A stretch of DNA of 64,000 nucleotides from Acidimicrobiales bacterium (GTDB taxonomy: Bacteria > Actinomycetota > Acidimicrobiia > Acidimicrobiales > Bin134), in NCBI GenBank assembly GCA_965208505.1, contig OZ242339.1, positions 1,331,876-1,395,875 on the forward strand, read 5' to 3'. Of this stretch, positions 36,021 to 46,397 are shown in pieces. Numbering within the stretch: position 1 is the first letter of the stretch; each line of letters starts with the position of its first letter. Below the pieces are notes generated by a model. It had not been told where the DNA came from. It saw only the letters and a program-made list of their open reading frames with translations, and ran no database searches. Position numbers and translations under genes: made by a program.

Positions 36021-37637
36021 TCATGCCCGCTCTCGAACCTTGCGCCGCTCTTCAGCTCGGTTTTCGGCGTCCAGGCGACCCAGCGGCGGCTCTTCGCTGA
36101 GATCCACAAATCTCATCATCTCAGCCACCGCCGCGTGGCCCGCCTCGTCGCGAATAAGCCTCCACATTTCCTGCCCGATCCCTCGGTACACCGAATGGCC
36201 TTGGGGTGTAGTACGCAGCTCGATGAGGTGCATTGCCGCCCGTGCGTTGATGCTCATGGCGAATCGCACCTTGTACGCGAAGCTCACCGCGTAGGAGGCC
36301 TGCTCGGGAAAATCCCGGTCCAACAGGCCGTACAGTTCCGCAGACCTCTCCATGACCTCGTCAAATGCTGGAGCGCAACCCGCGGCTTCCACCGTTTCAG
36401 GAAGCGTATAGCCGTGTCGCGGGCTGAGCTTCTGCCACTCCAGTGTGAGCATTCGATGGCGCTGAAGATCCCGAAAGGCACCGTAGTCGGCCAAGACGTC
36501 GAACCGGTAGAAGGGCCGTTCCAGTGCTCTTCCCGGCTTGTGGCGACGGTTGGCTCTGGTGCCCACGTAGGCTCGCACCACAGATAGCCGGTCATCGGCG
36601 CTCATAGCACCGACTTCCCGTTCCAGTTGCTCTTCCGGCAAGTGGGTATAGGGGTAGAGCATGGAGGCCACCATCTTGAGCTCGGCATCCGGGTCGAAGT
36701 CCACCAGTCGGACTGCGGGGGCACTGTCAACCGGCAGATCGGCGGGCAGCAGGTAACCGGTCACATTCTCCATCGACTCCTGGACGTCCTCCATATAGTG
36801 GCTCCACGCCACCCCCCGATCCTCCAGGTCCACCCGCTTCAAAAAGGAGGGGATCACCTTGCGCAGCTCTGTCAGCATCAAATTGGCGTAGCCCTGGACC
36901 TCGGGCAGTGCGTGGGCCCGCATTCGCAACAGCAGAAGCTCATACGACTGGCCGGAGCCGTAGATACCCATGTTGGACACGGTTGCCGCGGGAAGCATTC
37001 CACGAACCGAGTCCAGCGCTTTGGCCCGAACCGCTTGGCGGTAGGCGAAGTCAGACGTGTCTGAGTCCCTGAGGGTGTGTTGACGGTAGAACTCGGTCAT
37101 GGCGGGCAGGAGGTGGCCGTATGACTCGAACATCCGATCCATGTCGCTCACGTAGCGGCCTGATAGAGGCGACTCTCCGATCTGGGGATCGCGGTAGTAG
37201 CGATAGCGCCCGCCGATCCGGTCCAGGTAGTCGATGTACCGGGTGGACTGCTCCAGATACGACATCAGCCGACCCCACTCCAACACCTTGGTCAAGATGT
37301 TGGAAGCCTGCTCGCAGGCCAAGTGGACGCCCCCAAGTTGGGCCACCGAATCGTCCCCGTACTCGAAGAACACCCGGTCGTACAGTTCCTCTGCCCTTCG
37401 CAGCCCTACGGTGGCATCGATTGTCACATCGCCGCTGATGTCCAGCTCGCCCACGAATTCATCCAAAAACAGCCGCCTCAGTGATTTGGAGGACCTGCTG
37501 TAGCGGGCAAACAGCGCACCCTTGACAACTTCAGGCAGATTCACCAGGGCAAACACCGGCTGGTCGAGGTTGGTGAAGTACCGGCGGAGGACGTCCTCCT
37601 CCTCGACGGTGAAATGTTCGGCGACGTACTGGGTCAT
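36021..37637 (-). CDS. Thy1/ThyX-like protein, double-length form
   Basis: 538 aa with ThyX-like RHR (FRDLQRHRM) and ARYSRSSKSLRR segments. It is about twice the size of canonical ThyX. Confidence 0.65.
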   Translation of the reverse strand: MTQYVAEHFTVEEEDVLRRYFTNLDQPVFALVNLPEVVKGALFARYSRSSKSLRRLFLDEFVGELDISGDVTIDATVGLRRAEELYDRVFFEYGDDSVAQLGGVHLACEQASNILTKVLEWGRLMSYLEQSTRYIDYLDRIGGRYRYYRDPQIGESPLSGRYVSDMDRMFESYGHLLPAMTEFYRQHTLRDSDTSDFAYRQAVRAKALDSVRGMLPAATVSNMGIYGSGQSYELLLLRMRAHALPEVQGYANLMLTELRKVIPSFLKRVDLEDRGVAWSHYMEDVQESMENVTGYLLPADLPVDSAPAVRLVDFDPDAELKMVASMLYPYTHLPEEQLEREVGAMSADDRLSVVRAYVGTRANRRHKPGRALERPFYRFDVLADYGAFRDLQRHRMLTLEWQKLSPRHGYTLPETVEAAGCAPAFDEVMERSAELYGLLDRDFPEQASYAVSFAYKVRFAMSINARAAMHLIELRTTPQGHSVYRGIGQEMWRLIRDEAGHAAVAEMMRFVDLSEEPPLGRLDAENRAEERRKVRERA

Positions 37638-38845
37638 CGCAGGCTTTGGCCCAGTTCATCGGCCGCCTGGTCCAGAGCGTCGGGGTCCAACCACAGATCG
37701 GCAACCGTCATGGCCATTGCCTTCGCCCCGTCGAGCACCGCCTGGTCACCGCTCTGCGATTTCGCGTAGTGGGCAAATTCCGGGGTATGGATGGCCACAT
37801 GGTCGGGGGCTATCTTGATCATGGGATGGATCGAGGGCAGCGCGTGGCTGACGTTGCCCATGTCGGTGCTTCCTACCACCGCAAAAGACGATCGGGGTTC
37901 GCTCAAGACTCGCCCGGTTGCGACCGCGTTGTCGGCGTAGAAGTCCAGCATGACCTGGTTGTTGATCATGTCGGCATAGATTGGCGCTTTGCTCTGGCAT
38001 TCAATGTCGACTCCGGCGGCGGTGGCACCGGCCTCCAGACAGGACACGACCCTCTCCCTTATCTCCGCGAGGCTGTCGAGCTGCGGGGATCGGACATACC
38101 ACTCGGCAGCGGCATCGTGGGGCACGATATTCGGCTTATCCCCCGCCCGCGTGAAGATCCCATGGATGCGCTCATCCGGTCGGATGTGCTGGCGAAGTGC
38201 GGCCACGTTCATGTATCCCAGGACTGCGCCGTCGAGGGCGTTGCGGCCCTTATGGGGCGAGGCAGAAGCGTGGGCTGATTGCCCGGTGTAGGTCACCTCC
38301 AGTTGCTCCACCGCGATGGCTGTCATCTTGGTGAGCTCGTGATTGGCAGGATGCACCATCATGGCAGCGCGGACGCCGTCGAAGGCTCCACGCTCCAGCA
38401 AGTAGCACTTGCCTCCTCCGCCTTCTTCAGCCGGTGTGCCCACAATGCTGACCCGCCCTCCGAGATCTTCGGCCAGCGAAGCGGCCGCCAAGCCGGCACC
38501 CAGACCGGCGGCCGCAATCACGTTGTGCCCGCACGCGTGCCCAATCTCCGGCAGCGCGTCGTACTCGCAGATAACCGCAACATGGGGACCAGTACGGCCA
38601 GCTCGGGCTACGAATGCTGTATCCAGGCCGAATGCCGAGCGCTCTACGTCGAGCCCTTCGTCCTCCAAGACTGAGCAAACCAAATCGTGGGCGGTGTGCT
38701 CTTCAAAGCAGAGCTCGGGAGTTTCGTGAATCTGGTGGGAGACGCTGAGCAGGCGAGCGGCCCGGGCGTCGACCTCCGACGCCACCTGCTGTTTGGCTGC
38801 ATCAGGTGTCACGGGGCGAATCCTAGTGACCCCGTTGCCAGCCAA
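37634..38845 (-). CDS. M20-family amidohydrolase/peptidase (AbgB/hippurate hydrolase-like)
   Basis: Metal ligand segments IGHACGHN and VGTPAEEGGGGK. It overlaps the ThyX-like gene by 4 nt. Confidence 0.85.
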   Translation of the reverse strand: MAGNGVTRIRPVTPDAAKQQVASEVDARAARLLSVSHQIHETPELCFEEHTAHDLVCSVLEDEGLDVERSAFGLDTAFVARAGRTGPHVAVICEYDALPEIGHACGHNVIAAAGLGAGLAAASLAEDLGGRVSIVGTPAEEGGGGKCYLLERGAFDGVRAAMMVHPANHELTKMTAIAVEQLEVTYTGQSAHASASPHKGRNALDGAVLGYMNVAALRQHIRPDERIHGIFTRAGDKPNIVPHDAAAEWYVRSPQLDSLAEIRERVVSCLEAGATAAGVDIECQSKAPIYADMINNQVMLDFYADNAVATGRVLSEPRSSFAVVGSTDMGNVSHALPSIHPMIKIAPDHVAIHTPEFAHYAKSQSGDQAVLDGAKAMAMTVADLWLDPDALDQAADELGQSLR

Positions 38846-38866
38846 CGTGCATCTGCCAAACAGCGG

Positions 38867-39487
38867 TCACACCACCACGGTGAGCACTGCTGGCTCCAAC
38901 CGAATTGAGAGATTCGAAGCCTTAGCCACCGGTTGCCCGTCCAGTTCGACCATCATCGGCCGCTCGAGCACCACTTGAAATGCTCCGGTTCGGCGGTAGC
39001 GGATCTGGGGATGGGGCAGATGGTCGCCGGTGCCGACCCGGCGAAGGGCCCGCAACCGGTCGGCGGTCGACAGGCGGCCATGGGATATGTCCAGCAGCCC
39101 GTCACCAGGGTGGGCCTTTGGGCCCAGATTCCATCTTCCCCACCAGGCCGCGTTCATGGCCACCAGCGCCTCGCCAGACCATCCTCTCCTCCGGGCAACG
39201 AGATGGGCGCAGAACCAGAAAAGCCTGCCGTCCAGCAATACCGCGCCCAGATCCACCGCGAACCGCCATGCCTCCGGCGAGTGGATGGAATCGGGATCGC
39301 CCCGACCGCCCAGCGTGCGGCACAGATCGCCTCCCAACAACCCGAGCTCGGGCAACGGACGGTTGGCCCGGCGAGCGTCCTCGACCAGGGTCCGGGCCTG
39401 GAAATCGCCGTCTACCAGCACACCGTCGGGCCCCAGGCCTCCGGGTTCACCCCAATCCTGTCCCCGCCGAATGGGCATTGGCCTCAT
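38867..39487 (-). CDS. Diacylglycerol-kinase/YegS-like protein, short and degenerate
   Basis: The C-terminal LGPKAHPGDGLLDISHGRL...GDHLPHPQIRYRR...VELDGQPV resembles the DAGK accessory domain. The GGDGT position reads GGDLC. It overlaps tatC by 4 nt. Confidence 0.4.
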   Translation of the reverse strand: MRPMPIRRGQDWGEPGGLGPDGVLVDGDFQARTLVEDARRANRPLPELGLLGGDLCRTLGGRGDPDSIHSPEAWRFAVDLGAVLLDGRLFWFCAHLVARRRGWSGEALVAMNAAWWGRWNLGPKAHPGDGLLDISHGRLSTADRLRALRRVGTGDHLPHPQIRYRRTGAFQVVLERPMMVELDGQPVAKASNLSIRLEPAVLTVVV

Positions 39488-40347
39488 TCCTCGCCGAGGA
39501 CATTGCCTTCAGACGCAGTGGGAGCATCCTCAGGAGTCTCTTCAACGGCCTTCTGTCCTTCTCGGCGGGCACGCAGCCAGCCGATACCGATGGCGGCCTC
39601 ATAGAACAAGTACATGGGCACCGACAGAACCATCAAGGTGAAGGGGTCTCCACTAGGTGTGATCACCGCCACCAGGGCCACTATGCCCACGATGGCAAAG
39701 CGCCTAGCCCGTATCAGCTGCCGGTAGTGGATTATCCCCGCCATCTGCAAGAAAACCAGCAGAATGGGAAACTCGAAACCGATCCCAAACGCGGCCATCA
39801 TCTTGATCACGAACGACAAGTACTTGGCCGGGGAGAAACCGGTCACCAGGTCCTCTCCTCCAATAGTGGCCAGGAACCTGAGCGCCCGGGGAATGCTCCA
39901 GTAGGCCAGACCGGCGCCCAACGCGAACAAGAGCGCGCCTGCCACGGTGAACAATGCCGCATTGCGGCGCTCCCGGGGATAGAGGCCGGGCTGTACGAAC
40001 CTCCACACCTGCCAGAGCAACACTGGCACCGCCAGCGTCAGCCCTCCGTAACCTGCCACTGTCAGCCGCACCGAAAATGGCTCCAACGGGTCTAGAACCA
40101 GGAGCTCACAGCCGCCGAAGAGGTTTTGGCGGGCGGCTTCTTCCTCCACTGCCTCTTCGGGCACCGCATCGCAGTAGGGCTGGACCATCACATCCAGGAT
40201 CCAGGGGTAGAACACCCAGCAAACCACCGCACCAGCCAAGACGGCCAGAGCGCTCTTGATGAGCCGCGACCGCAGCTCCACCAAGTGTTCCATCAAGGGC
40301 ATGGTTCCGTCGTTGGGCCGGGAGCGCCCTCTGACCGCGTCGTTCAC
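39484..40347 (-). CDS. tatC: Twin-arginine translocase subunit TatC
   Basis: MPLMEHLVELRSRLIKS is followed by 6 TM segments. There is a GTGA overlap with tatA. Confidence 0.9.
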   Translation of the reverse strand: MNDAVRGRSRPNDGTMPLMEHLVELRSRLIKSALAVLAGAVVCWVFYPWILDVMVQPYCDAVPEEAVEEEAARQNLFGGCELLVLDPLEPFSVRLTVAGYGGLTLAVPVLLWQVWRFVQPGLYPRERRNAALFTVAGALLFALGAGLAYWSIPRALRFLATIGGEDLVTGFSPAKYLSFVIKMMAAFGIGFEFPILLVFLQMAGIIHYRQLIRARRFAIVGIVALVAVITPSGDPFTLMVLSVPMYLFYEAAIGIGWLRARREGQKAVEETPEDAPTASEGNVLGEE

Positions 40348-40610
40348 GGGCTGTTTTGCGGCGGGTCGCCGGCTTGGTTGCTCTCTCCCTTGGCCTCCTC
40401 TACGGCAAGCTTGCCCCGCTGGCGGGCTTCAGCCTCGATGGGCTCGTCCAGGGCATTTTGCAGCTCCTGCTGGAACCCGGTGGAGATCTTTCGAACCTGA
40501 CGGATGACGTTCCCGACCTGGCGGGCCGCGCCGGGCAGTTTCTCCGGTCCGAGGACCACCAGAGCCACCACCGCGATCACCGCGATTTCGGCCCATCCGA
40601 GGTTTCCCAC
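40344..40610 (-). CDS. tatA: Twin-arginine translocase subunit TatA/E
   Basis: N-terminal TM plus hinge, EIAVIAVVALVVLGPEKLPGAAR, followed by an amphipathic helix. Confidence 0.9.
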   Translation of the reverse strand: MGNLGWAEIAVIAVVALVVLGPEKLPGAARQVGNVIRQVRKISTGFQQELQNALDEPIEAEARQRGKLAVEEAKGESNQAGDPPQNSP

Positions 40611-40798
40611 GACCAGAGGCTACCCCTCGATTCTGAATCCGCACGGATAGACCGTCTTGACTCGCCAAAACCGTGGAAAGCGTCGAAAGTGGCGTACCAT
40701 CCCAAGCCTGTCGGAACCCTCGATTCGCGATGTCAGGTTGTCTGATCCATCGACAGCAGTCGAAGATGGCGGGATGGCTGAACTGCGCCAGCACTGAG

Positions 40799-41536
40799 AT
40801 GCCTTCCCGGATCTCCCCACTCCGCAAGCCTCCAATCGGGTTCGCCCATCGGGGCGCTCGAGCACAAGAGCGCGAGAATACGCTGACCGCGTTCACCCGA
40901 GCATTGGAGATGGGGGCTACCGGCCTGGAGAGCGATGCCTGGATAACCGCCGACGGACAGGCCGTGCTCGATCACGATGGCGTCGTGCGGCTGGGACGCT
41001 GGCGGCGCAAGCGTCCGATGTTTGAATGCCGTCGAGAAGAGCTGCCCGACCACATCCCAACCCTGGCCGAACTCTATCGCCAATGCGGTGGCGACTTTGA
41101 CCTGTCGCTCGACCTGAAAGATGGCGACGCGGCACCCGCGGTGATCGACAGCGTGGACGAGGCCGCGGCCTGCACCGGGCTCGAACTGCGACGGAGGATA
41201 TGGCTGTGCCACCCCAACGTGGACACGCTGGTTGGGATGCGAGACCGGTGGCCCGATGTGCGCATGTGCAACTCCACCCGGCTGAGTCGCATGCACGACG
41301 GGCCTGAGCGGAGGGCCGCCGTGCTGGCCGAGGCCGGAATCGACTCGGTGAATCTCCATCAGACCGACTGGACAGGTGGCCTGGTCACTCTGTTCCACCG
41401 CTTTGGAGTTCTCTGCTTCGGGTGGGATGCCCAGCAACCCCGGGTCCTCAACGAGCTACTGGACATGGGCATCGACGCGGTCTACAGCGACCATGTCGAA
41501 CGCATGAAGGAGGCACTGGACAGGTGGTATCCTTAG
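40799..41536 (+). CDS. Glycerophosphodiester phosphodiesterase family protein
   Basis: Carries FAHRGA...ENTLTAF...LESDAWITADG. The start is uncertain (alternatives at 40766 and 40673). Confidence 0.8.
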   Translation: MPSRISPLRKPPIGFAHRGARAQERENTLTAFTRALEMGATGLESDAWITADGQAVLDHDGVVRLGRWRRKRPMFECRREELPDHIPTLAELYRQCGGDFDLSLDLKDGDAAPAVIDSVDEAAACTGLELRRRIWLCHPNVDTLVGMRDRWPDVRMCNSTRLSRMHDGPERRAAVLAEAGIDSVNLHQTDWTGGLVTLFHRFGVLCFGWDAQQPRVLNELLDMGIDAVYSDHVERMKEALDRWYP

Positions 41537-41541
41537 CGGCT

Positions 41542-42411
41542 GTGACCGATCAAACCGCATATACAAAAGCGCTGGTTACACAGAACAAAGAGCCCGTCAC
41601 CTTCGTCGACGTAGTGGCCAAGTACAGCAATGGCCACACCGCTCTTTCTGGCATTACCTGTCAATTTGAACATGGAACTTCCACAGCTCTGGTCGGTGCC
41701 AACGGCTCGGGAAAGACCACCTTGCTCCGAATGATGTGCGGCCTTGCCCAGCCCACACAGGGGACGGTCAGCCCAGAACCCTCCAAGAAGACGATCGCTC
41801 TGGTGGCACAGCAGCACGGGCAGCGGGGGTGGATGCCGTTGAGGGTTGCCAACGTCCTTCGCATGTCCCGATTCCGAGACCGAGGCTTGGTAAAGCGTTT
41901 CAGCGCAGCGGATCGGATCCTCATTGAGGACGCGGCCGAGCGCCTCGAAGTATCCAACTTGAGAAATCGCCAATTCCAGGAACTGTCGGGAGGACAGCGC
42001 CAGCGGGTGATGGTGGCCCAAGCCTTGGCCCACGATGCCGATGTGCTATTGATGGACGAACCCATCACCGGCTTGGACATGCCAAGTCAGGAGACGATCC
42101 TTCGAATCATCGATGAGGAGCGCCGACGGGGCCGCATCGTGGTGATATCCACCCACCACATGGATGAGGCTGAGCTCTGTGACCAAGTACTCCTTTTGGC
42201 CAATCGGATGGTCGCGGTGGGAACTCCCGGCAAGGTGCTCACCAACAAGAACCTGCAAGAAGCCTTCGGCCTTCGCATGGCTCACGGAGACGAGGAAGAT
42301 TGCGTCTTTCACGGTGAACACGACAGCCACGAGGACGGTGTGCTCCACGTCTTCAGTGATCACGGCCACGGCCACGATCACGGCCACGGCCACGACCACC
42401 TTGATTGCTGA
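41542..42411 (+). CDS. Metal-type ABC transporter ATP-binding protein with a His-rich C-terminal tail
   Basis: Walker A GANGSGKTT, signature LSGGQRQR and Walker B LLMDEP. The tail is HGEHDSHEDGVLHVFSDHGHGHDHGHGHDH. The GTG start is 6 nt after the GDPD stop. Confidence 0.85.
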   Translation: MTDQTAYTKALVTQNKEPVTFVDVVAKYSNGHTALSGITCQFEHGTSTALVGANGSGKTTLLRMMCGLAQPTQGTVSPEPSKKTIALVAQQHGQRGWMPLRVANVLRMSRFRDRGLVKRFSAADRILIEDAAERLEVSNLRNRQFQELSGGQRQRVMVAQALAHDADVLLMDEPITGLDMPSQETILRIIDEERRRGRIVVISTHHMDEAELCDQVLLLANRMVAVGTPGKVLTNKNLQEAFGLRMAHGDEEDCVFHGEHDSHEDGVLHVFSDHGHGHDHGHGHDHLDC

Positions 42412-42433
42412 GCCCGCGACGATCTTCGCTGGA

Positions 42434-43081
42434 CTAGAGCCGGCCGAATTCCGTCACCGGCCAAAGTCGCAAAAACGCGTGCCCCACGATCACGTGTTCG
42501 GATATAGGGCCGAAAGACCGGCTGTCAGTGGAGTTGGCCCGGTTGTCTCCCATGACGAACACCTCGCCCGCCCCGATCAGACAGCCACCATCCACAATGG
42601 CCGCGCATCCCGATGGATTCGTTCCATTAGTGATGCCAGAGGACTCCAGATAGGGCTCGTGCAGCCTCCGGCCGTCTATATACACATTCCCCTCGACGAA
42701 TTTGATCACCTCGCCGGGCAGGGCAACGACCCGCTTGATGAGGTCGTCTTCCTGTCGCCCGCTGGCTACTACCGGCCGTTCGAATACCACGAGGTCGCCG
42801 CGATTGACGTCGTGTATGTCGTACCCCAGCTTGCTCACCAGAACTCGGTCCCCGTTGCTCAAGGTGGGCTCCATGGAAGTGAAACGGATGTAGTAGGCCT
42901 GGAACAGCACCGAGCGAAGCACAAGGGCCAGTACCAATGCCCCGGCCAATACCGCCACCCATTCGGCAACTACTCGGGCGCTCGACTTCTTCTTCTCGCC
43001 GCCTGCCCCTTCGCCATCATCGTCTTCGCGAGCAGATGAGTCCGGTGGGGCCACCGGTTGCTTTGGCCGATCGATGCTCAT
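42434..43081 (-). CDS. lepB: Signal peptidase I
   Basis: Carries SMEPTL (catalytic Ser box), GDRVLV and GDNRANSTDSR. Confidence 0.9.
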   Translation of the reverse strand: MSIDRPKQPVAPPDSSAREDDDGEGAGGEKKKSSARVVAEWVAVLAGALVLALVLRSVLFQAYYIRFTSMEPTLSNGDRVLVSKLGYDIHDVNRGDLVVFERPVVASGRQEDDLIKRVVALPGEVIKFVEGNVYIDGRRLHEPYLESSGITNGTNPSGCAAIVDGGCLIGAGEVFVMGDNRANSTDSRSFGPISEHVIVGHAFLRLWPVTEFGRL

Positions 43082-43095
43082 GGCCTGCTGCGCCT

Positions 43096-44052
43096 CTAGC
43101 GGTACCGGGCTAGCACACGCTGGGCGGCAACCCGTGCTTGATCGATGGCAATTGGCGGGTCAGCGTGTCGCAATTCGGCTTGGGGTCCTAGCTGAAGCAA
43201 CAGGCGCTCCAGTCGGCTGACATGGCTCACCGGCATGGTGGCGTCAGTCTCCCCGCTGTCGAGAGCCACCTGGCCTTCGGTTGGGTATTTCTCGATGGCC
43301 CAAGATGTGCCCGGAGCCAGGCGCAGCACAACCCGAGGATCGCCCTCCCGGGCTTCGAAAGCCGACGGCGTTCCCGCTTCATCAGGCGGTTCGAAGAGCG
43401 TTTCCAGCACTTTTAGGGATCTGATCCGATCTATGCGGAAAACTCGCTCCCCTTCGGCCTGCCGGCAATGGCCCCGGACATACCAGTTGCCCGACTCCGA
43501 GAACACTCGAAGGGGGTGGATAACTCGGTCGGACTCCTGGCCTCTGCCAAAGCTGAAGTAGCGAATCCGGACTTCACGGCGTTCGCTGGCCGCGCCCAGC
43601 AGCGGCTCAACCCACTCCTCGGCCGACTCCCCCAGACTCACGGCCAAGTCCTCGCCGACGCTCACCCCCAAGCCGTCGGCCAGCTTGCCCAATCCCCGAC
43701 TCAGCGGACCATCTGGATCAGCTCCAGACAGCACTGCCTCCCCGGCCCCGATCAACCCCAAGGCTTGGCCCGGCGTGAGCCGGAGCGGTCGGGAGAAATA
43801 GTCGGCGTTTGTGATAGCCACCCAGCCGCCGTTTTCATCGTCATCCAAGCCCATCACGTATATCAGTTCGTCAGGGGTGAACGGGTGCAGCCCCACCACG
43901 AACAGCACCTTCACCAGGTCCTCTCGCAGCTCCGCCTCGGGATAGTCGAAGCGCTGTGACACCTCGCTCAGCTCAGCTCCACCCTGGGACATGATCCATG
44001 GAACCAGTTCCAGCATCCGCCGGAGTCGGTCCCCCGCGCTCAGCCGGCTCAT
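43096..44052 (-). CDS. pafC: Proteasome accessory factor PafC (HTH + WYL regulator)
   Basis: Assigned from its position after pafA-pafB with a 4-nt overlap, ~318 aa length and a WYL-like NWYVRGHC segment. Confidence 0.8.
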   Translation of the reverse strand: MSRLSAGDRLRRMLELVPWIMSQGGAELSEVSQRFDYPEAELREDLVKVLFVVGLHPFTPDELIYVMGLDDDENGGWVAITNADYFSRPLRLTPGQALGLIGAGEAVLSGADPDGPLSRGLGKLADGLGVSVGEDLAVSLGESAEEWVEPLLGAASERREVRIRYFSFGRGQESDRVIHPLRVFSESGNWYVRGHCRQAEGERVFRIDRIRSLKVLETLFEPPDEAGTPSAFEAREGDPRVVLRLAPGTSWAIEKYPTEGQVALDSGETDATMPVSHVSRLERLLLQLGPQAELRHADPPIAIDQARVAAQRVLARYR

Positions 44053-45008
44053 TGGCTGAACCCCTCAAGCCAGGCCACCATGTCGGCGCGCAGCTCTGGA
44101 GGTCCGAGGATCTCGGCATGCTCCAAAAACTCCAACACCAGCGATCGGAAGGCGTCAGGGCTGCGAACCTCAACCTCGAAAACCGCTGAGCCGTCGGAAT
44201 CCTTCTCCGAGGGCTGTTGCCCGAGACGCCGGGCCGCCCACACCGCCTGTTCGGGGTCAACCTTCAGTCGGGCGGCGACAGCCGGGCCGCTTCCCAACTT
44301 CCACGGTTGGATCGGGACCCAACCTGCGGTGCCCTCCGGCTGCTGGAACCCGCCGGGCGAGCCCAATGCGATTTCACCCTCAATCCGATCAACTCGAAAA
44401 GTGCGTTTGTCGTCGCGACTCCGGTCAAGGCCCACCACGTACCAATGCCCCTGATCGAAAGCCAGGGTCCACGGCTCCAGCACCCGCATCTGGCCGCTGT
44501 AGGCGAAGTCGGCCACCCGCTGCTCACTGACCGCTTGGAAGAGGTCGGTCAGAGCGGGATGCACGGGAACCGCGGCGAGCTCGGCCTCTGTGCCCTCCCC
44601 CACTCTGCCGCCCAGCTTCCACAGCGCCTCGGATCCCGAGACTCCGTCGAAGCGGACTGCGGTGGCTGCCCGATGCAGGGCCGCCAGCTCGTCGGTTTCA
44701 AAATCCATTTCGGGCAGGGAATAATCCTGCTTGCGGATGCGGTACCCCAGGGTCTCCCGCTCCTGGCCGGGCACCGGACCCGAGATAACCGGGATCTCGG
44801 CGTCAGCTAGTTCGTTCATGTCCCGGTGGAATGCCCGCTTGGCGGCTGCCCCGTTTTCTGGATAGCCGGCCGAGTCAGCCCCTCGGGAGATGCCCACCCG
44901 CTTGTGAAGCTCCTCGATGGAGAGGAAGCGAGGAGTGTCGATCAACGCGGCGATTAGTCGAAGCAAGCGCTCCAATCTGACCTGCTCTGGCTTTCGCCTG
45001 GCCATCAC
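44049..45008 (-). CDS. pafB: Proteasome accessory factor PafB (HTH + WYL regulator)
   Basis: 4-nt overlaps on both sides, with a [26 protein letters not shown]-type segment. Confidence 0.8.
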   Translation of the reverse strand: MMARRKPEQVRLERLLRLIAALIDTPRFLSIEELHKRVGISRGADSAGYPENGAAAKRAFHRDMNELADAEIPVISGPVPGQERETLGYRIRKQDYSLPEMDFETDELAALHRAATAVRFDGVSGSEALWKLGGRVGEGTEAELAAVPVHPALTDLFQAVSEQRVADFAYSGQMRVLEPWTLAFDQGHWYVVGLDRSRDDKRTFRVDRIEGEIALGSPGGFQQPEGTAGWVPIQPWKLGSGPAVAARLKVDPEQAVWAARRLGQQPSEKDSDGSAVFEVEVRSPDAFRSLVLEFLEHAEILGPPELRADMVAWLEGFSQ

Positions 45009-46363
45009 AGGGATTCGATCAGCTTTTCCACCCGTTCGTCATGGGCGCGGAACGGGTCTTTGCAGAGAACGGTCCGTTGAGCCTGGTCATTCAACTTCAG
45101 GTGTACCCAGTCAACCGTGTAGTCCCGTTTGCGCTCCTTGGCCCGACGAATGAACTCTCCACGGAGTCGGGCACGAGTGGTAGCCGGCGGATTCTCCACC
45201 GCGTAGCTGATGTCGTCGTTCACGCACATTCGCTCGACCATGCCCCGGTTCTGAATTCGGTAGAACAGGCTGCGCGACCGATTCACATCGTGATACTGGA
45301 GATCCAACAAAGCAACCCGGGCGTCGCTCAACCTGAGGTCGTGGCGTTCGCGATAGGTCTCGATCAGGTGGTACTTCATCACCCAGTCGCATTCCCGTGA
45401 GAGACCGAGGGGATCTTCAGCAATTTGAGTCAAGCAATGCTCCCACATTTGCAGAGCCTGCTTCTCCTGGGGTTCAAGATCGCGGCTTTCGGCGTACTTG
45501 AGCGCTCGATCAAGGTACTCAGACTGGATATCCAGGGCACTCACCTCCCGGCCGCTGGCCAGACGTATGCGCCGAGTGCAGGTCGGGTCATGGCTGATCT
45601 CCCGGATGGCCCGAATGGGGTTGTCCAGGGTCATGTCCCGAAGCGCTACCGAGGGATCTTCCAGCATCCGCAGAAGAATGCTGGTCGCTCCGGTCTTCAA
45701 ATAGGTGGCGTACTCGCTCATATTCGAGTCGCCCACGATCACGTGCAAGCGCCGGTACCTCTCGGCGTCGGCATGGGGTTCGTCTCGAGTGTTGATTATG
45801 GGCCGCGACCGGGTCGTGGCACTGGAGACCCCCTCCCAAATGTGCTCGGCTCTCTGGCTCATGCAGTAGGTAGCCCCTCGGGCGGTCTGGAGCACCTTGC
45901 CCGCCCCGGCATAAATCTGGCGGCTGACCAAAAACGGAATCAGCACTTCGGCATACTCCGAAAAGTCGTCTCGTCGGCTGGTCAGGTAATTCTCGTGACA
46001 GCCGTAACTGTTGCCAGCCGAATCCGTGTTGTTCTTGAACAGGTAGATGTCTCCTTGGATTCCCTCTTCCCGAAGCCGCTGTTCAGCGCTATCGATGAGC
46101 GTCTCCAAGATGCGCTCGCCAGCCTTGTCGTGGGCCACGAGGTCATAGACCGAGTCGCACTCCGGGGTTGCGTATTCGGGATGGGAGCCCACATCCAGAT
46201 AAAGCCGGGCACCATTGACCAAAAAGACGTTGCTGCTGCGGCCCCAGGACACAACCCGGCGAAACAGGTAGCGGGCCACCTCATCAGGGCTAAGCCGGCG
46301 ATGCCCTCGAAGCGCGCAGGTGACGCCATACTCGTTCTCGATCCCGAATATGCGCCGGTCCAT
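45005..46363 (-). CDS. pafA: Pup-protein ligase PafA
   Basis: [14 protein letters not shown]-terminus, paralogous to the Dop gene in this window. The ATG at 46363 is chosen. Confidence 0.9.
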   Translation of the reverse strand: MDRRIFGIENEYGVTCALRGHRRLSPDEVARYLFRRVVSWGRSSNVFLVNGARLYLDVGSHPEYATPECDSVYDLVAHDKAGERILETLIDSAEQRLREEGIQGDIYLFKNNTDSAGNSYGCHENYLTSRRDDFSEYAEVLIPFLVSRQIYAGAGKVLQTARGATYCMSQRAEHIWEGVSSATTRSRPIINTRDEPHADAERYRRLHVIVGDSNMSEYATYLKTGATSILLRMLEDPSVALRDMTLDNPIRAIREISHDPTCTRRIRLASGREVSALDIQSEYLDRALKYAESRDLEPQEKQALQMWEHCLTQIAEDPLGLSRECDWVMKYHLIETYRERHDLRLSDARVALLDLQYHDVNRSRSLFYRIQNRGMVERMCVNDDISYAVENPPATTRARLRGEFIRRAKERKRDYTVDWVHLKLNDQAQRTVLCKDPFRAHDERVEKLIESL

Positions 46364-46397
46364 ATCTAGCCGTTCCCCATTCCGCAAGCTCGCTGGG

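Noticed and set aside
40620-40725. A 10-nt direct repeat, CCCTCGATTC, occurring twice in the tatA/GDPD intergenic region. There are also short 9-nt repeats (ATGCTTGCC) in the arc/ferredoxin spacer at 51538 and 51637.
   Set aside because: They are too short to distinguish from chance in this amount of sequence without a statistical test.
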